A DNA stretch of 64,000 nucleotides from Eledone cirrhosa (taxonomy: Eukaryota): NCBI GenBank assembly GCA_964016885.1, contig OZ024743.1, forward strand, positions 308,760,001 through 308,824,000. Reading direction: 5' to 3'. The position numbers were made by a program, and so were the translations under genes. A model generated the notes under the pieces. The model did no database searches, was not told where the DNA came from, and was given only the letters and a program-made list of their open reading frames with translations. Below are positions 25,915 to 38,681 of the stretch, in pieces (within the stretch, counting starts at the first letter, position 1; the number at the start of each line of letters is the position of its first letter).

Positions 25915-28900
25915 TATATGATGGATGGATGGACTGCGGAATCCTGGAGAGTGGAGGTGAGAGAGAAAAATCTGGACGCTCAGCGACAATGCCAAAGATG
26001 ATAAAGACAAATTCACCTCGTGGACGAGAATGCGAGCACTCCTCATTGTTTCGACCGCGGACGGCTAACATAACCCCATCGCCCCCCGCCCCTCACCGCC
26101 CCCAACCCCCAAACGCAATCCAAAACTTCAGAGTTGGTACCATAAATGTAGGCACCCTAAAGGGTCGCGCTAACGAGGTTGTAGAAATGCTTGAACGTAA
26201 GGAGGTCGATGTTTGTTGTATTCAAGAGACCAGGTGGAGGGGTGGGTCTGCTAGGTTCATTGAGGGTAAAAAACGATGTTATAAGCTTTTCTGGGTGGGA
26301 AACGACGATGGGCTGGGTGGAGTAGGAATCATGGTAGCAGAAAAGTGGGCAGATAAGATAATAGACGTAAATAGAGTGAACGACAGAATAATTAAAATAC
26401 GACTTGTCCTCAATAGAACTACGGTGACAGTAATATCTGCGTACGCACCCCAATCCGGACTGCCCGGCACTATAAAAGACAGATTCTATGAGACACTGAT
26501 GCTAACTACCTCCCAAATATCCGACAGTGACTATATAATTATCGCAGGCGACCTAAATGGTCACGTTGGACAACATTGTGACGGCTACGACGAAATCCAT
26601 GGAGGCTATGGGTTTGGTACTAGAAATGAGGAAGGCGCCAGAATCCTGGAATTCTGTGATGCAAATAACCTAACTATCTGTAACACTAACTTCAAAAAAC
26701 GTGACAATCACCTGATCACCTATAGATCCGGGGAACACACAAGCCAGGTAGATTATATCCTTACCAGAAGACGTGACAGAGTGTCTGTTGTTAACACTAA
26801 ATCCCTCCCCCATGAAGAATGCACCTCCCAACATAGACTGATAATTAGCGACCTCATAGTCAGGACGAGACGTACTCGACAACAGAAGAGGACTATCCTC
26901 AGGAGGAAAATATGGAAGCTAAAGGACCCCACAGCCAGGAATAAATTTCAAAGCATATTACTTGATGCTTTCGACAGTAAGGAAGAACATTTAGAGTCGG
27001 ACAATATAGAGGGAGAGTGGGAATTTCTGAAAGCAAACCTGCTGTTGGCGACAGACGAGGTCTGTGGCTGGAGCAGGCCTGTAGGCAGGAGGAGAGTAAC
27101 ATGGTGGTGGAACAGTAAGGTGGAGGGGTCAATTAAGGCCAAAAAGCAGGCTTGGAAAGTATGGCGGGATGGGGGAAGTAGAGAGGACTATCAAGTGGCC
27201 AGGAGGGAAGCTAGGAGACAAGTGTACTTAGCAAGAAGGGAAGCTGAGGAAAGAAAGTTCAAGCATGTTCTACAACGCGATGACCAAAAACGTGAGGTGT
27301 TCAGGATTGCTAGGCAATGCGTCAAGGAAAACCGTGATATTGTCGGGGAGAAGTGTGTACTAAACGACGATGGCACACTTGCCATCACCGACGCTGATAA
27401 GAAAGTAGCTTGGAAGTGTCACTATGAAAGGCTACTAAATGAGGAGAATAATTGGGAGAAAGGCAGTCTCCCCCATATCGACCCAATAGAGGGACCAGCA
27501 GTGTTAGTCGAGGGGAGTATAATAAGTAAGGCAATCAAGGATATGAAGACTGGTAAGGCGGCTGGGCCTTCGGAAATAGTTGCTGAGATGCTGAAGGCAT
27601 CTGGCACGGTGGGACACACCATGGTCACCCGCATAGTTAACCAAGTCGTACAGAATGGGGTTGTTCCGAAGGACTGGCATAGCAGCATCATCGTTAACTG
27701 TTATAAGGGTAAAGGAGACGCCCTAGATAGGAGTAACTATAGAGGCATTAAATTAATCGACCAGGTCATGAAGGTCACGGAAAAAGTAATAGCGCAACTA
27801 ATCAGAGAGAGAATTGACCTAGATGAAATGCAGTTCGGGTTTGTGTCAGGCAAAAGTACCACAGACGCTCTTTTCATAGTACGACAACTACAGGAGAAGT
27901 ACCTAGCTAAAGGTAAACCCCTCTACTTAGCTTTTGTCGACTTGGAGAAAGCCTTCGACAGAGTCCCCCGCTCCATTATCTGGTGGGCTCTTAGAAAACT
28001 AGGCGTTGACGAATGGCTTGTGAGGGCTATACAAGCCATGTATAAAGAAACAGTCAGCAAGGTTAGAATTAACAACGAATATAGTGAAGAGTTTAGCGTA
28101 AAAGTTGGCGTCCATCAGGGCTCTGTTCTCAGTCCACTACTATTTATTATTGCCCTTCAGGCTATAACAGAGGAGTTCAAGACAGGCTGCCCATGGGAAC
28201 TCCTATACGCAGACGACCTGACACTCATAGCGGAATCAATGGCCGAGCTAGAGAAGAAATTCCAAACATGGAAGCACGGCCTAGAGTCAAAAGGACTTAA
28301 AATTAACCTGGCTAAGACCAAAGTACTAGTTTGTAGGAAAGAAAACAAGGCGGCGGTCCCTTCTGGGAAATGGTCGTGCTCGGTGTGTAGGAAAGGCGTA
28401 GGTAGAAACTCCATTTTATGTCCTAAATGCAAAGTATGGGTGCATAAAAGATGTAGTGGGATCACAGGTAAGCTAACTAAGAACATAGATTTTACATGTG
28501 GCCGGTGCTCTGGTGCAATAAGTAGCAGCAAGTGCCCACAAACTACTAGCTCTTTCAATTGCGCAGAGGGTTCTATAGAAATAGTGGACAGCTTCCGTTA
28601 CCTGGGCGATAAAATCAGCAGTGGGGGAGGGTGCTCTGAAAGTACTGTAGCTAGAGTCAGAACTGGTTGGAAAAAGTTCAGAGAGCTTATACCACTATTA
28701 GCTGCTAAAGGGTTCTCACTAAAAATGAAAGGCAGGTTGTACGATGCCTGCATACGAACAGCAATGCTGCATGGCAGTGAGACCTGGGCATTGTGTGCAG
28801 AGGATATACGCAGACTAGAGAGGAACGAAGCTTGCATGCTCCGCTGGATGTGTAACAGTAATATACGTGAACGGCAAAGCATAAACGAACTAAGGAAAAA

Positions 28901-29561
28901 ATTAGAGATAAGAGGGATCAGATGTTGTTTACTCGAGAGAAGGCTACGTTGGTATGGACACGTGATGCGCATGAAAGTCGATAGCTGTATAACAAAGTGC
29001 AGGGCAATAAAGATAGACGGTAGTCACGGAATAGGCAGACCTAGAAAAACCTGGGACGAGCTGATAAACTCCGACATCACACACTTACACCTCTCCAAGA
29101 CAATGTCACTGGACCGAGACCTTTGGCGGTACTCAGTAACAGAGAAGACCCGCCTTACCTAAATATATAGTAAAACCTACTCCAGCCAGTAGGCATCTCT
29201 AACAAAATACACCCCGTCCCACCACCACCACCCCCACCCGATCCACACCACCCCGTTCTATGTAAAGTTATGTTGGTGCCGCGCCATCGAGGCCGAAACA
29301 AATGAGATCGTGTAGGTGTCACGACAAAAAAACACACAGTCCACGCTGTAATGTGGCCGTGTAGGCAACACGGTAAAAACCTCCCAGACCCACACTGTAA
29401 ATGTGGTTGGTGTTAGGAAGGGCATCCAACTGTAGAAAACCTGCCAGACAGTCCTATGCGAGCAAGACAATCACTCTTGCCTCAAGTGGGACTACCCCCG
29501 TCCAAACCCATGCAAGCGTGGAACACGGACGTTAAACGTTGATGATGATGATGATGATGAT
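25915..29561 (+). mobile_element. Apparently full-length RTE-clade non-LTR retrotransposon (young subfamily)
   Basis: Single uninterrupted APE-RT ORF, ~400 bp 3' UTR ending ...ggacgttaaacgtt(GAT)n; near-identical copies at 41927 and 58595. The 5' boundary is uncertain and no TSD was found. Confidence 0.93.
25989..29162 (+). CDS. RTE ORF: apurinic endonuclease + reverse transcriptase with an internal PHD-like finger
   Basis: APE motifs TINVGTL, IQET, SAYAPQ, AGDLN, DYI; RT motifs NYRGI, FVDLEKAFD, GVHQGSVLSP, YADD (28206), FRYLG; RTE C-terminal RLRWYGHVMR and GRPRKTW. The frame is open from 25719, so the true start codon is uncertain. Confidence 0.93.
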   Translation: MPKMIKTNSPRGRECEHSSLFRPRTANITPSPPAPHRPQPPNAIQNFRVGTINVGTLKGRANEVVEMLERKEVDVCCIQETRWRGGSARFIEGKKRCYKLFWVGNDDGLGGVGIMVAEKWADKIIDVNRVNDRIIKIRLVLNRTTVTVISAYAPQSGLPGTIKDRFYETLMLTTSQISDSDYIIIAGDLNGHVGQHCDGYDEIHGGYGFGTRNEEGARILEFCDANNLTICNTNFKKRDNHLITYRSGEHTSQVDYILTRRRDRVSVVNTKSLPHEECTSQHRLIISDLIVRTRRTRQQKRTILRRKIWKLKDPTARNKFQSILLDAFDSKEEHLESDNIEGEWEFLKANLLLATDEVCGWSRPVGRRRVTWWWNSKVEGSIKAKKQAWKVWRDGGSREDYQVARREARRQVYLARREAEERKFKHVLQRDDQKREVFRIARQCVKENRDIVGEKCVLNDDGTLAITDADKKVAWKCHYERLLNEENNWEKGSLPHIDPIEGPAVLVEGSIISKAIKDMKTGKAAGPSEIVAEMLKASGTVGHTMVTRIVNQVVQNGVVPKDWHSSIIVNCYKGKGDALDRSNYRGIKLIDQVMKVTEKVIAQLIRERIDLDEMQFGFVSGKSTTDALFIVRQLQEKYLAKGKPLYLAFVDLEKAFDRVPRSIIWWALRKLGVDEWLVRAIQAMYKETVSKVRINNEYSEEFSVKVGVHQGSVLSPLLFIIALQAITEEFKTGCPWELLYADDLTLIAESMAELEKKFQTWKHGLESKGLKINLAKTKVLVCRKENKAAVPSGKWSCSVCRKGVGRNSILCPKCKVWVHKRCSGITGKLTKNIDFTCGRCSGAISSSKCPQTTSSFNCAEGSIEIVDSFRYLGDKISSGGGCSESTVARVRTGWKKFRELIPLLAAKGFSLKMKGRLYDACIRTAMLHGSETWALCAEDIRRLERNEACMLRWMCNSNIRERQSINELRKKLEIRGIRCCLLERRLRWYGHVMRMKVDSCITKCRAIKIDGSHGIGRPRKTWDELINSDITHLHLSKTMSLDRDLWRYSVTEKTRLT

Positions 29562-30475
29562 TACAAAGACTAGAGAGGTTGGCACAACTAAATGGTTCTC
29601 TTAACCCTTTTTAGCATGGTGTTTTTCTACAGTGGTGTATTGCCAACCACCATACGGGGTGTACTGGGTATATTCTTTCTGTGGTTACAACACAGTAAAG
29701 GTTGTCAGTTATTGTCCCAAATGAAGACCCATTCTTCTCTTTAGGAGTAGGGAGGAGAGAAGAAAGATAATTATGAAGTTATGGATATATGGCAAATGTG
29801 GTGGGATTTGACAGGGTGATGAGTAGGGAAAGGGTGGCCTTCAATGGCATAGGAAAGTGGTGGAATGTAGTGCTGTTGAGAATACCTGTGGTGACAGTTG
29901 TGGAAGCATGAGTGGTGTGGTCCATAGCATGTAGGGAAAGGGCACTCACCATATATATATATATATATATAAATACACACATACATATATACACTCACAC
30001 AAACACATACGTTTCTTAAATGAATTCTGTGAAAATAACAAATCTAAGCTGTGGCATATCCGCTAAGCAGACTATGTTAATATCCAAAGAATCAAAGAGT
30101 GTTAATATAAAAAATTTAAACGATAGTCTTTAAATGAATATGACTCTAATTGTCATTTCTATTAAATTGTGTGAACATGTCTAAATAAAGAGACAGGGTT
30201 TTTTTTTTTTACGTGTAGCTATCTTAGTGAAGCTAAATGTAAACGTGTGTTATGAGATGTTTGTAAGAAAGGAAAAAATGGAGATATTAAAGAAAAACAA
30301 CAACAATAATAATAACTATCATCATCATCATTTAATTGTTGTTTTTCCATGCTGGGGTGGAGAGATCTAACTATAAATGACAAACAAGTGAATTAATTAA
30401 AATGAATGGACCGTGACAGAGAATGAGAGAATATTTCTGTTTTATTCTCGGTCACACTTTGGATTATTAATCTTC

Positions 30476-30476
<1 letters not shown>

Positions 30477-30517
<41 letters not shown>

Positions 30518-30547
30518 CGTATGTGTATATATATATGTGTATATGTA

Positions 30548-30582
<35 letters not shown>

Positions 30583-30651
30583 ATGCGTATGTATATATAT
30601 ATATATATATATACGTGTATATATGTGTGTGCGTATGTATATATGTGTATG

Positions 30652-30694
<43 letters not shown>

Positions 30695-30793
30695 GTATGT
30701 ATGTGTGTGTGTGTATGTATATGTGTGTATGTGTATGTATGTGTGTGTGTATGTATGTGTGTATGTGTGTGTATATATGTGTATGCATGTATA

Positions 30794-30824
<31 letters not shown>

Positions 30825-31146
30825 GTGTGTATGTATGTATATGTGTACGTATATATCTGTGTGTCATTCATTCATTCATTTTATGAATGACATACAGATA
30901 TATATGTACACACATATATATATATATATGTACACACATATATATATATATGTACACACATATATATATACATACACATATATATATATATATACATACA
31001 CACATATATGTGTGTATATATATATATATATGCGTATGTATATATGTGTATGTATATGTGTGTATGTATATATGTGTATGTATATATATGTATGTATGTA
31101 TGTATATATATATATGTGTGTGTATATATGTATATATTTGTGTGTG

Positions 31147-31192
<46 letters not shown>

Positions 31193-32015
31193 GTATATAT
31201 GTATGTATGTATATGTGTATGTATATATATGTATGTATGTATATGTGTATGTATATATATATATGTATGTATATATATATATGTATGTATATATATATGT
31301 GTATGTATATATATATGTGTATGTATATATATATGTGTATGTATATATATATATGTATATATATATGTGTATGTATATATATATATGTATGTATATATAT
31401 GTGTATGTATATATATATGTGTATGTATATATATATGTGTATGTATATATATGTGTATGTATATTTATATGTATGTATATATATATGTATGTATATATAT
31501 ATGTATGTATATATATATGTGTATGTATATATATATGGGTATGTATATATATATATGTGTATGTATATATATATATATATGTGTATATATGTATATATAT
31601 ATGTGTGTATATATGTATATATATATGTGTATATATATATATATATGTGTATGTATATATATATATGTATGTATATATATATGTGTATGTATATATATAT
31701 GTGTATGTATATATATATGTGTATATATATATATATGTATGTATATATATATGTGTATATATATATATATATGTGTATGTGTTTATATATATGTGTATAT
31801 ATATATATATATATGTGTATGTATATATATATATATGTATGTATATATATATGTGTATATATATATATATATATATGTGTATGTATATATATATATATGT
31901 ATGTATATATATATGTGTATGTATATATATATGTGTATGTATATATATATATATATATGTGTGTATGTATATATATATATGTGTATATATATATATGTCT
32001 ATGTATATATATATA
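30477..32015. repeat. Compound (TA)n/(TATG)n microsatellite, left flank of the PLE
   Basis: Directly visible. Confidence 0.95.
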
Positions 32016-32122
32016 GTTTTGCGAGGTTTTTTATATGAAATCGTGTGTCGAAACAGATATTGTTATACTTGGGGAGGGTCATATTTGCGTAATATTGCCA
32101 GAATTAATAACAGAACACACTT

Positions 32123-35100
32123 ATGAAAAGAACAACATACACAAAAGTCAACACACTCTACAGACAAAAACGCATCAACGGTAAGGAAATTCGAAATCTC
32201 ATCACAGCAAACGAGAGAGACGACTTCATGAGCGCCATCCGACGCGAAACGAAATATGCTCAAAACGAATGCTGTAGGCATTTCAAGAAGAAATTAGAAT
32301 GGATGAATAAGAAAAAACTACAAGAAAGGAAAATCGAATATTTTCAAAAATACCCAGATAACATCGACAATATCCGTATGAGTGATGTAAAACTACCGGA
32401 AGAATTTACCAATGACCACACAGTAAATATCTATGGGAACACTTTAATCAGTGAACAAGAACAACAAATCCTAAGGTTACCACCAAAATTTGCCATCTAC
32501 AAAAAGATTAACCCTATGGAATGCAAAACGGAGCTGGAAAAGTGTTTCACAAAAATACGTTGGAATGCAAAGGTAAACAACAACAACAACAATAATAACG
32601 GTAGTAATAATATAAACAATAACTCTGGGTATAGAAATAACAGCCATAACCATAACAATGGCAGGAAAGTGAGAAATAGTGATAATGGCAATAATACTAG
32701 CGATAGACGGAACAACAACAACCACAATAATAATAATAATAGAAACGTTAACCACAGACACAGCAACAGTGACCACAGTAGTAATAACGGTAACAATACG
32801 AACAACAACAACAATAACCACAGTGGTAATAATGGAAATAGTACATGTAGCAACATCAACAAAAACAAGAAACATAATAATAGTAACAACCACAATGGTA
32901 GAAATAGCAGTAACAACAACAACAATAACGGTGAAGTAAACAACAATACATCTAGCAATCATAACAATAATAATAATAATGCTAATGATAGAAACAACAA
33001 CAACCACCATGATAACAATAATAGCAACACACACAACTATGACGATAGATATAACGACAACCCCTTAGAGAAACTATTTTTCAACCCAGCTGACAAAACA
33101 TATAAGATGGGTAATATCTATCCTACGAGGTTACTCTTTAATAAAAGAGTTTGCATACCACAGCAAATAGATGACGAGACGGAGGCACAGTTCACCATAG
33201 CTAGAAATAAGATTAGACAGGTAGTAGACAGGTACACTATGAGACAGAGCAGACCAGAGGCCCAACAACTTGGGAGAAAACCTGTAGAAGGCTTGGTTAG
33301 CCTCAAGCAGCGCACAAGGGATGGTGAGGTAGTGTGCCTACCCACAGATAAGTCTGGTAGGATGTCAATAGATAGCATGCCGAACTACATCGAGGCAATG
33401 CAACCCCACATCACCAACACGAGCGAAGTTGCACAACTAACACACAATGGGAGAGAAAAAATCCTCAACGCTCACATGATGATGTGGACTGACATCCTAA
33501 AGCCAAGCAGACGCACTGCCAACAACTTCCAGGCGTCTAACAATGGCATACCACCCTTGTATGGGCTCCGCAAAGACCACAAGACAGTCGACGACCCGAC
33601 AACAGGACCACCAACAAGACCCGTATGCGGAGCTAATATAGCTAGCAACTACAGGATCTCCTACTTCCTCTCAATGGTTATACGCCCCATAATCAAGATG
33701 TCCCCAGATGTATGTGAAAGTACAGAGGACCTCCTCAGCAGAATCTGTGAGTGCAACAAAAACAGGAGCCTATCCAACTGCATAATAGGCAGCATGGATG
33801 TAGTGTCACTGTACCCATCCATTAACATTGATTTTGCTGTGAAAAGATGTGTGGAGATGATCATTGAGAGTGAGGTGGAGTTCTGCGACGTCGACACAGA
33901 CGAACTGGGCCTCCTACTTAGACTTACCTACGACACTGACTACCTAGACAGCCATGACCGTAGATGTTTCTGCCCTAGTAGACCTATAAGAGGTAGACCC
34001 CCCACCATAACCTCAATGGCTAAAAAGACTCCCATAGGAAGGTGGATTGGGTGGACCAAAGCCATACGGACCCCCCAAAACACTGATCAGGTAAGAAAAA
34101 TGGTCGCACATGCAATAGGGGCTAGTATCAAAACTACCCTAAAGGGCCACATATTTAAGTTCAATGAGAAAATCTACACCCAAAATGAGGGAGCAGCCAT
34201 CGGCGTCAGCATAGCTTGTGATGTTGCCAACCTTTTCATGGTATGGTGGGAAAGGAGACTCAAAGATCTCCTTAATGAAAGCTCCATTGACCTCATCGTG
34301 TACTCTCGTTATGTAGATGATATCAATATAGTTATAAGAACACCCCCACTAGAGAGCACTAACAAGTTTGATTTAGAACGTAGCACGATGGAAAGCATCC
34401 AGCAGATAGCTAATTCCATACACCAGAGTATAACTGTAACTATAGACTTCCCTTCCAAACACCCTAACAATAGACTACCTGTATTAGACACAGAACTCTG
34501 GATTAACACTATAGACGAGAGAGCCCAAATTCTCCACTCACACTATGCTAAACCCATGGCCTCCAAATACCTGATACTCAAAAACTCAGCAATGTCCAGT
34601 AGTGCTAAGTTTAATATTCTGATCGCAGATTTGGTACGAGTGATGAAGAATGTGTCCAGCATGTGCGACCCAACAGAAATGGAAGGACACATCCAACACT
34701 TCATCAACCGCATGCAGTTCTCTGGCTACAACCAAAGAGACAGAGTCAGAGTATACGAAGGAGCCATGGAAAAGTATAAGACCCTCATAGAACTGGACAT
34801 GAAAGGAATCTGCCCACTATACAGGAGCAAATCATGGAATAGCTTAGATAGGACTAGACATAAGATAGGGAAGGCCACATCATGGTACGACAACCAGAGA
34901 TATCAGAGTGTCATGTTTGTGGACGCCACCCCTGGAGGGAAATTAGCTAACCAGTGTAGAAAGGCCCTGAGAAAGACCCACTTAAAAATAAAGGTGGTAG
35001 AAAAGCCAGGAACCACCATAAAATCCCTGATCAGCAAAACCTACCCTTTTAAGAAAACCCACTGTACCAATAGGAAGTGTATCATATGTAAGGTGAACCC

Positions 35101-35467
35101 CCGGATAAACTGTAAAACTAGAAATGTAGTCTATAGCATAAGATGTACAGAGGGTACTTGCAGAAACATGACAACAACATACATAGGTGAGACAGCTCGT
35201 AGCATAGGTGAAAGGATAGACCAACACTGGGGGGAACTAAAAGGACGAAAAAACGGGTCAGTACTATACGAACATGCGAGACAACAACATGACGGTAACA
35301 TAGACAACATAGAAATTAGAATAATATCTAAACATAGGAATGACCCAGCAGATAGGCAAATCAGAGAGGCCAGTGAAATAGAAATTAGAAGACCAAAGCT
35401 AAACAGAAAGAATGAGTGGAACAACAACAACACCCAAACAAACAACACTGACCTAAGAGAAGTATAA
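32123..35467 (+). CDS. PLE polyprotein: N-terminal domain with Asn-rich insert, RT, Cys-rich linker, GIY-YIG endonuclease (1114 aa)
   Basis: LPPKFA, TDKSG (DKG motif), [41 protein letters not shown]; linker CTNRKCIIC; VVYSIRC...YIGET..R...H...H...E...N nuclease motifs; no internal stops. Confidence 0.93.
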   Translation: MKRTTYTKVNTLYRQKRINGKEIRNLITANERDDFMSAIRRETKYAQNECCRHFKKKLEWMNKKKLQERKIEYFQKYPDNIDNIRMSDVKLPEEFTNDHTVNIYGNTLISEQEQQILRLPPKFAIYKKINPMECKTELEKCFTKIRWNAKVNNNNNNNNGSNNINNNSGYRNNSHNHNNGRKVRNSDNGNNTSDRRNNNNHNNNNNRNVNHRHSNSDHSSNNGNNTNNNNNNHSGNNGNSTCSNINKNKKHNNSNNHNGRNSSNNNNNNGEVNNNTSSNHNNNNNNANDRNNNNHHDNNNSNTHNYDDRYNDNPLEKLFFNPADKTYKMGNIYPTRLLFNKRVCIPQQIDDETEAQFTIARNKIRQVVDRYTMRQSRPEAQQLGRKPVEGLVSLKQRTRDGEVVCLPTDKSGRMSIDSMPNYIEAMQPHITNTSEVAQLTHNGREKILNAHMMMWTDILKPSRRTANNFQASNNGIPPLYGLRKDHKTVDDPTTGPPTRPVCGANIASNYRISYFLSMVIRPIIKMSPDVCESTEDLLSRICECNKNRSLSNCIIGSMDVVSLYPSINIDFAVKRCVEMIIESEVEFCDVDTDELGLLLRLTYDTDYLDSHDRRCFCPSRPIRGRPPTITSMAKKTPIGRWIGWTKAIRTPQNTDQVRKMVAHAIGASIKTTLKGHIFKFNEKIYTQNEGAAIGVSIACDVANLFMVWWERRLKDLLNESSIDLIVYSRYVDDINIVIRTPPLESTNKFDLERSTMESIQQIANSIHQSITVTIDFPSKHPNNRLPVLDTELWINTIDERAQILHSHYAKPMASKYLILKNSAMSSSAKFNILIADLVRVMKNVSSMCDPTEMEGHIQHFINRMQFSGYNQRDRVRVYEGAMEKYKTLIELDMKGICPLYRSKSWNSLDRTRHKIGKATSWYDNQRYQSVMFVDATPGGKLANQCRKALRKTHLKIKVVEKPGTTIKSLISKTYPFKKTHCTNRKCIICKVNPRINCKTRNVVYSIRCTEGTCRNMTTTYIGETARSIGERIDQHWGELKGRKNGSVLYEHARQQHDGNIDNIEIRIISKHRNDPADRQIREASEIEIRRPKLNRKNEWNNNNTQTNNTDLREV

Positions 35468-35757
35468 ATAAGTAAATAAAATAAAATAAAATAAGATAAA
35501 TAAATGCATACACAAGCACAATAACAACAAGCACATAAACACACACTAGTCACCCAGCAGACACAACACTATATACACTAGTCACACATCACACATAACA
35601 CTATACACACACGCAAACGCATGCGCAAAGAAGACAAAATAAAATAAGATAAACAAACAAGCAAATAAATAAATAAATATATAGACAGACTGAATAAAAA
35701 AAAAAAAAAATGGAGTAGACATACAACACAACAGGAGGAACAATGAATATAACACCA

Positions 35758-35785
35758 CTGACGATGTTGCAGATGTGCAACGAAA
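35758..35785 (+). ncRNA. Hammerhead-like core in the PLE 3' UTR (incomplete or degenerate)
   Basis: CTGACGA-T-GTTGCA-gatg-TGCAAC-GAAA (core boxes flanking a 6-bp stem II). A convincing stem III/NUH/stem I could not be built. Confidence 0.45.
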
Positions 35786-36016
35786 GATTTATGTAAATTA
35801 TGTAAACTATATATATGTATATGTGTTTGTGTCTATATTGTATCTGTATTATTTTTGACCGCCGGTCAGTCAATGGCAACATTGAGGACCAAGTAAGTTA
35901 GATCGCAGATATAATAAAAGACAGCGAGAAGCGAAAACCAACCAAACAGTGAGTGTGTTCTGTTATTAATTCTGGCAATATTACGCAAATATGACCCTCC
36001 CCAAGTATAACAATAT

Positions 36017-37465
<1,449 letters not shown>

Positions 37466-37466
37466 A

Positions 37467-37810
37467 TCATTTCATTTCATCATCATTTCATTTTATGTCC
37501 ACTTTTCCCTGCATGCAAGGGTGGGACGAGAACTGATTCTGGCTTGATTTCTACAGCTGGATGCCCTTCCTAACACCAACCTCATTTACAGTGAGTGCTG
37601 GGTGCTTTTTTTCCGTGGCACCTCCACGACCACTTTGCAGTGGAATGATATGGACCCCAGTCCCTATCATGTCATTTCTACAGCTGAGTAAACTGGAGCA
37701 ATGTGAAATAAAGTGTATTGCTCAAGGAAACAACACATCACCCTGTCTGAGAATTGAACTCTCAACCTATCGATTGCAAGGCCAATGCTCTAACCATTAA
37801 CCATGTGCCT
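37467..37810 (-). mobile_element. Family A SINE
   Basis: Reverse-complement match to 38680-39021. Confidence 0.87.
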
Positions 37811-37824
37811 ATATATATATATAT

Positions 37825-38154
37825 ATCAAAAGATGGTTAAAAGAGTTCCATGTATTTTATTATGCGCATTTCCAAAACAAATATCATCATGCAATAACAT
37901 ATATGTTGATTTAAAACTGCACTGTCCACAAGTGTTTTTAACCTTCATATCATGTCTTCCTATTTTATCTGATGAAAACACAAATGTTATTGCATGATGA
38001 TATTTGTTTTTGAAATGCGCATAATAAAATACATGGAACTCTTTTAACCATCTTTTGATCTTATATATTATGTATACTCCAGTCCTACAAACTGTAGAGT
38101 GCTTCTTATCCGATATCTGCATTGCTTTATTGTACTACAATAAAACTAACCTCC

Positions 38155-38157
<3 letters not shown>
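37825..38157 (+). mobile_element. Fold-back mini-element: ~76-bp inverted arms, hammerhead, ~100-bp tail
   Basis: Arms 37825-37900 / 37984-38059 are near-perfect; tail contains ctgtagagtgctt; (TA)n on both sides. Confidence 0.8.
37961..38031 (+). ncRNA. Type I hammerhead ribozyme
   Basis: Stem I TATTTTAT/ATAAAATA (8 bp), CTGATGA at 37969, long stem II, GAAA at 38012, minimal stem III A-T-(GCGC)-A-T with palindromic loop, predicted cleavage after AUA at 38023. Confidence 0.85.
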
Positions 38158-38201
<44 letters not shown>

Positions 38202-38452
38202 ATGAATATATGTATGAATATGTGTGTATATATATATATGTCTATGAATATGTGTATATACATATGTGTGTGTGTGTATGAATATATATGTGCACATGTG
38301 TATATATGTATATATGTGCATATGTGTACATATATGTCCATATGTGTACATATATGTGCATATGTATATATATATGTGTGTATATATAAATATATATATA
38401 TATATATATGTGTGTGTGTATATATATGTGCATATGTATATATATATGTGTG

Positions 38453-38483
<31 letters not shown>

Positions 38484-38598
38484 GTGTGTGTATATATATG
38501 TGTATGTATATATATATGTGTGTGTATATATGCATATGTGTAGATATATATATATATATATATATGCGCATGTGTGTGTATGTTTGTATGTATGTATG

Positions 38599-38679
<81 letters not shown>

Positions 38680-38681
<2 letters not shown>

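Larger units (their letters stand above)
32016..36016 (+). mobile_element. Penelope-like retroelement (GIY-YIG EN+, probably Naiad-like) with inverted termini
   Basis: Intact RT+GIY-YIG ORF; perfect 65-bp inverted repeat at 32057-32121 / 35952-36016; 41-bp extension on the left only (32016-32056); hammerhead-like core in the 3' UTR; embedded in (TA)/(TATG)n. Confidence 0.92.

Noticed and set aside
25719-25988. N-terminal 90 aa of the 1147-aa ORF as genuine RTE protein
   Set aside because: It runs through a 48-bp duplication and the probable element boundary; most likely a fortuitous open frame.
32123-35950. Selenoprotein-type Naiad with a SECIS element
   Set aside because: The ORF has no in-frame TGA and ends in TAA; no convincing SECIS was seen.
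32057-36016. DNA transposon with TIRs
   Set aside because: The enclosed ORF is RT + GIY-YIG with no DDE transposase, and the inverted ends fit PLE 5' inversion.
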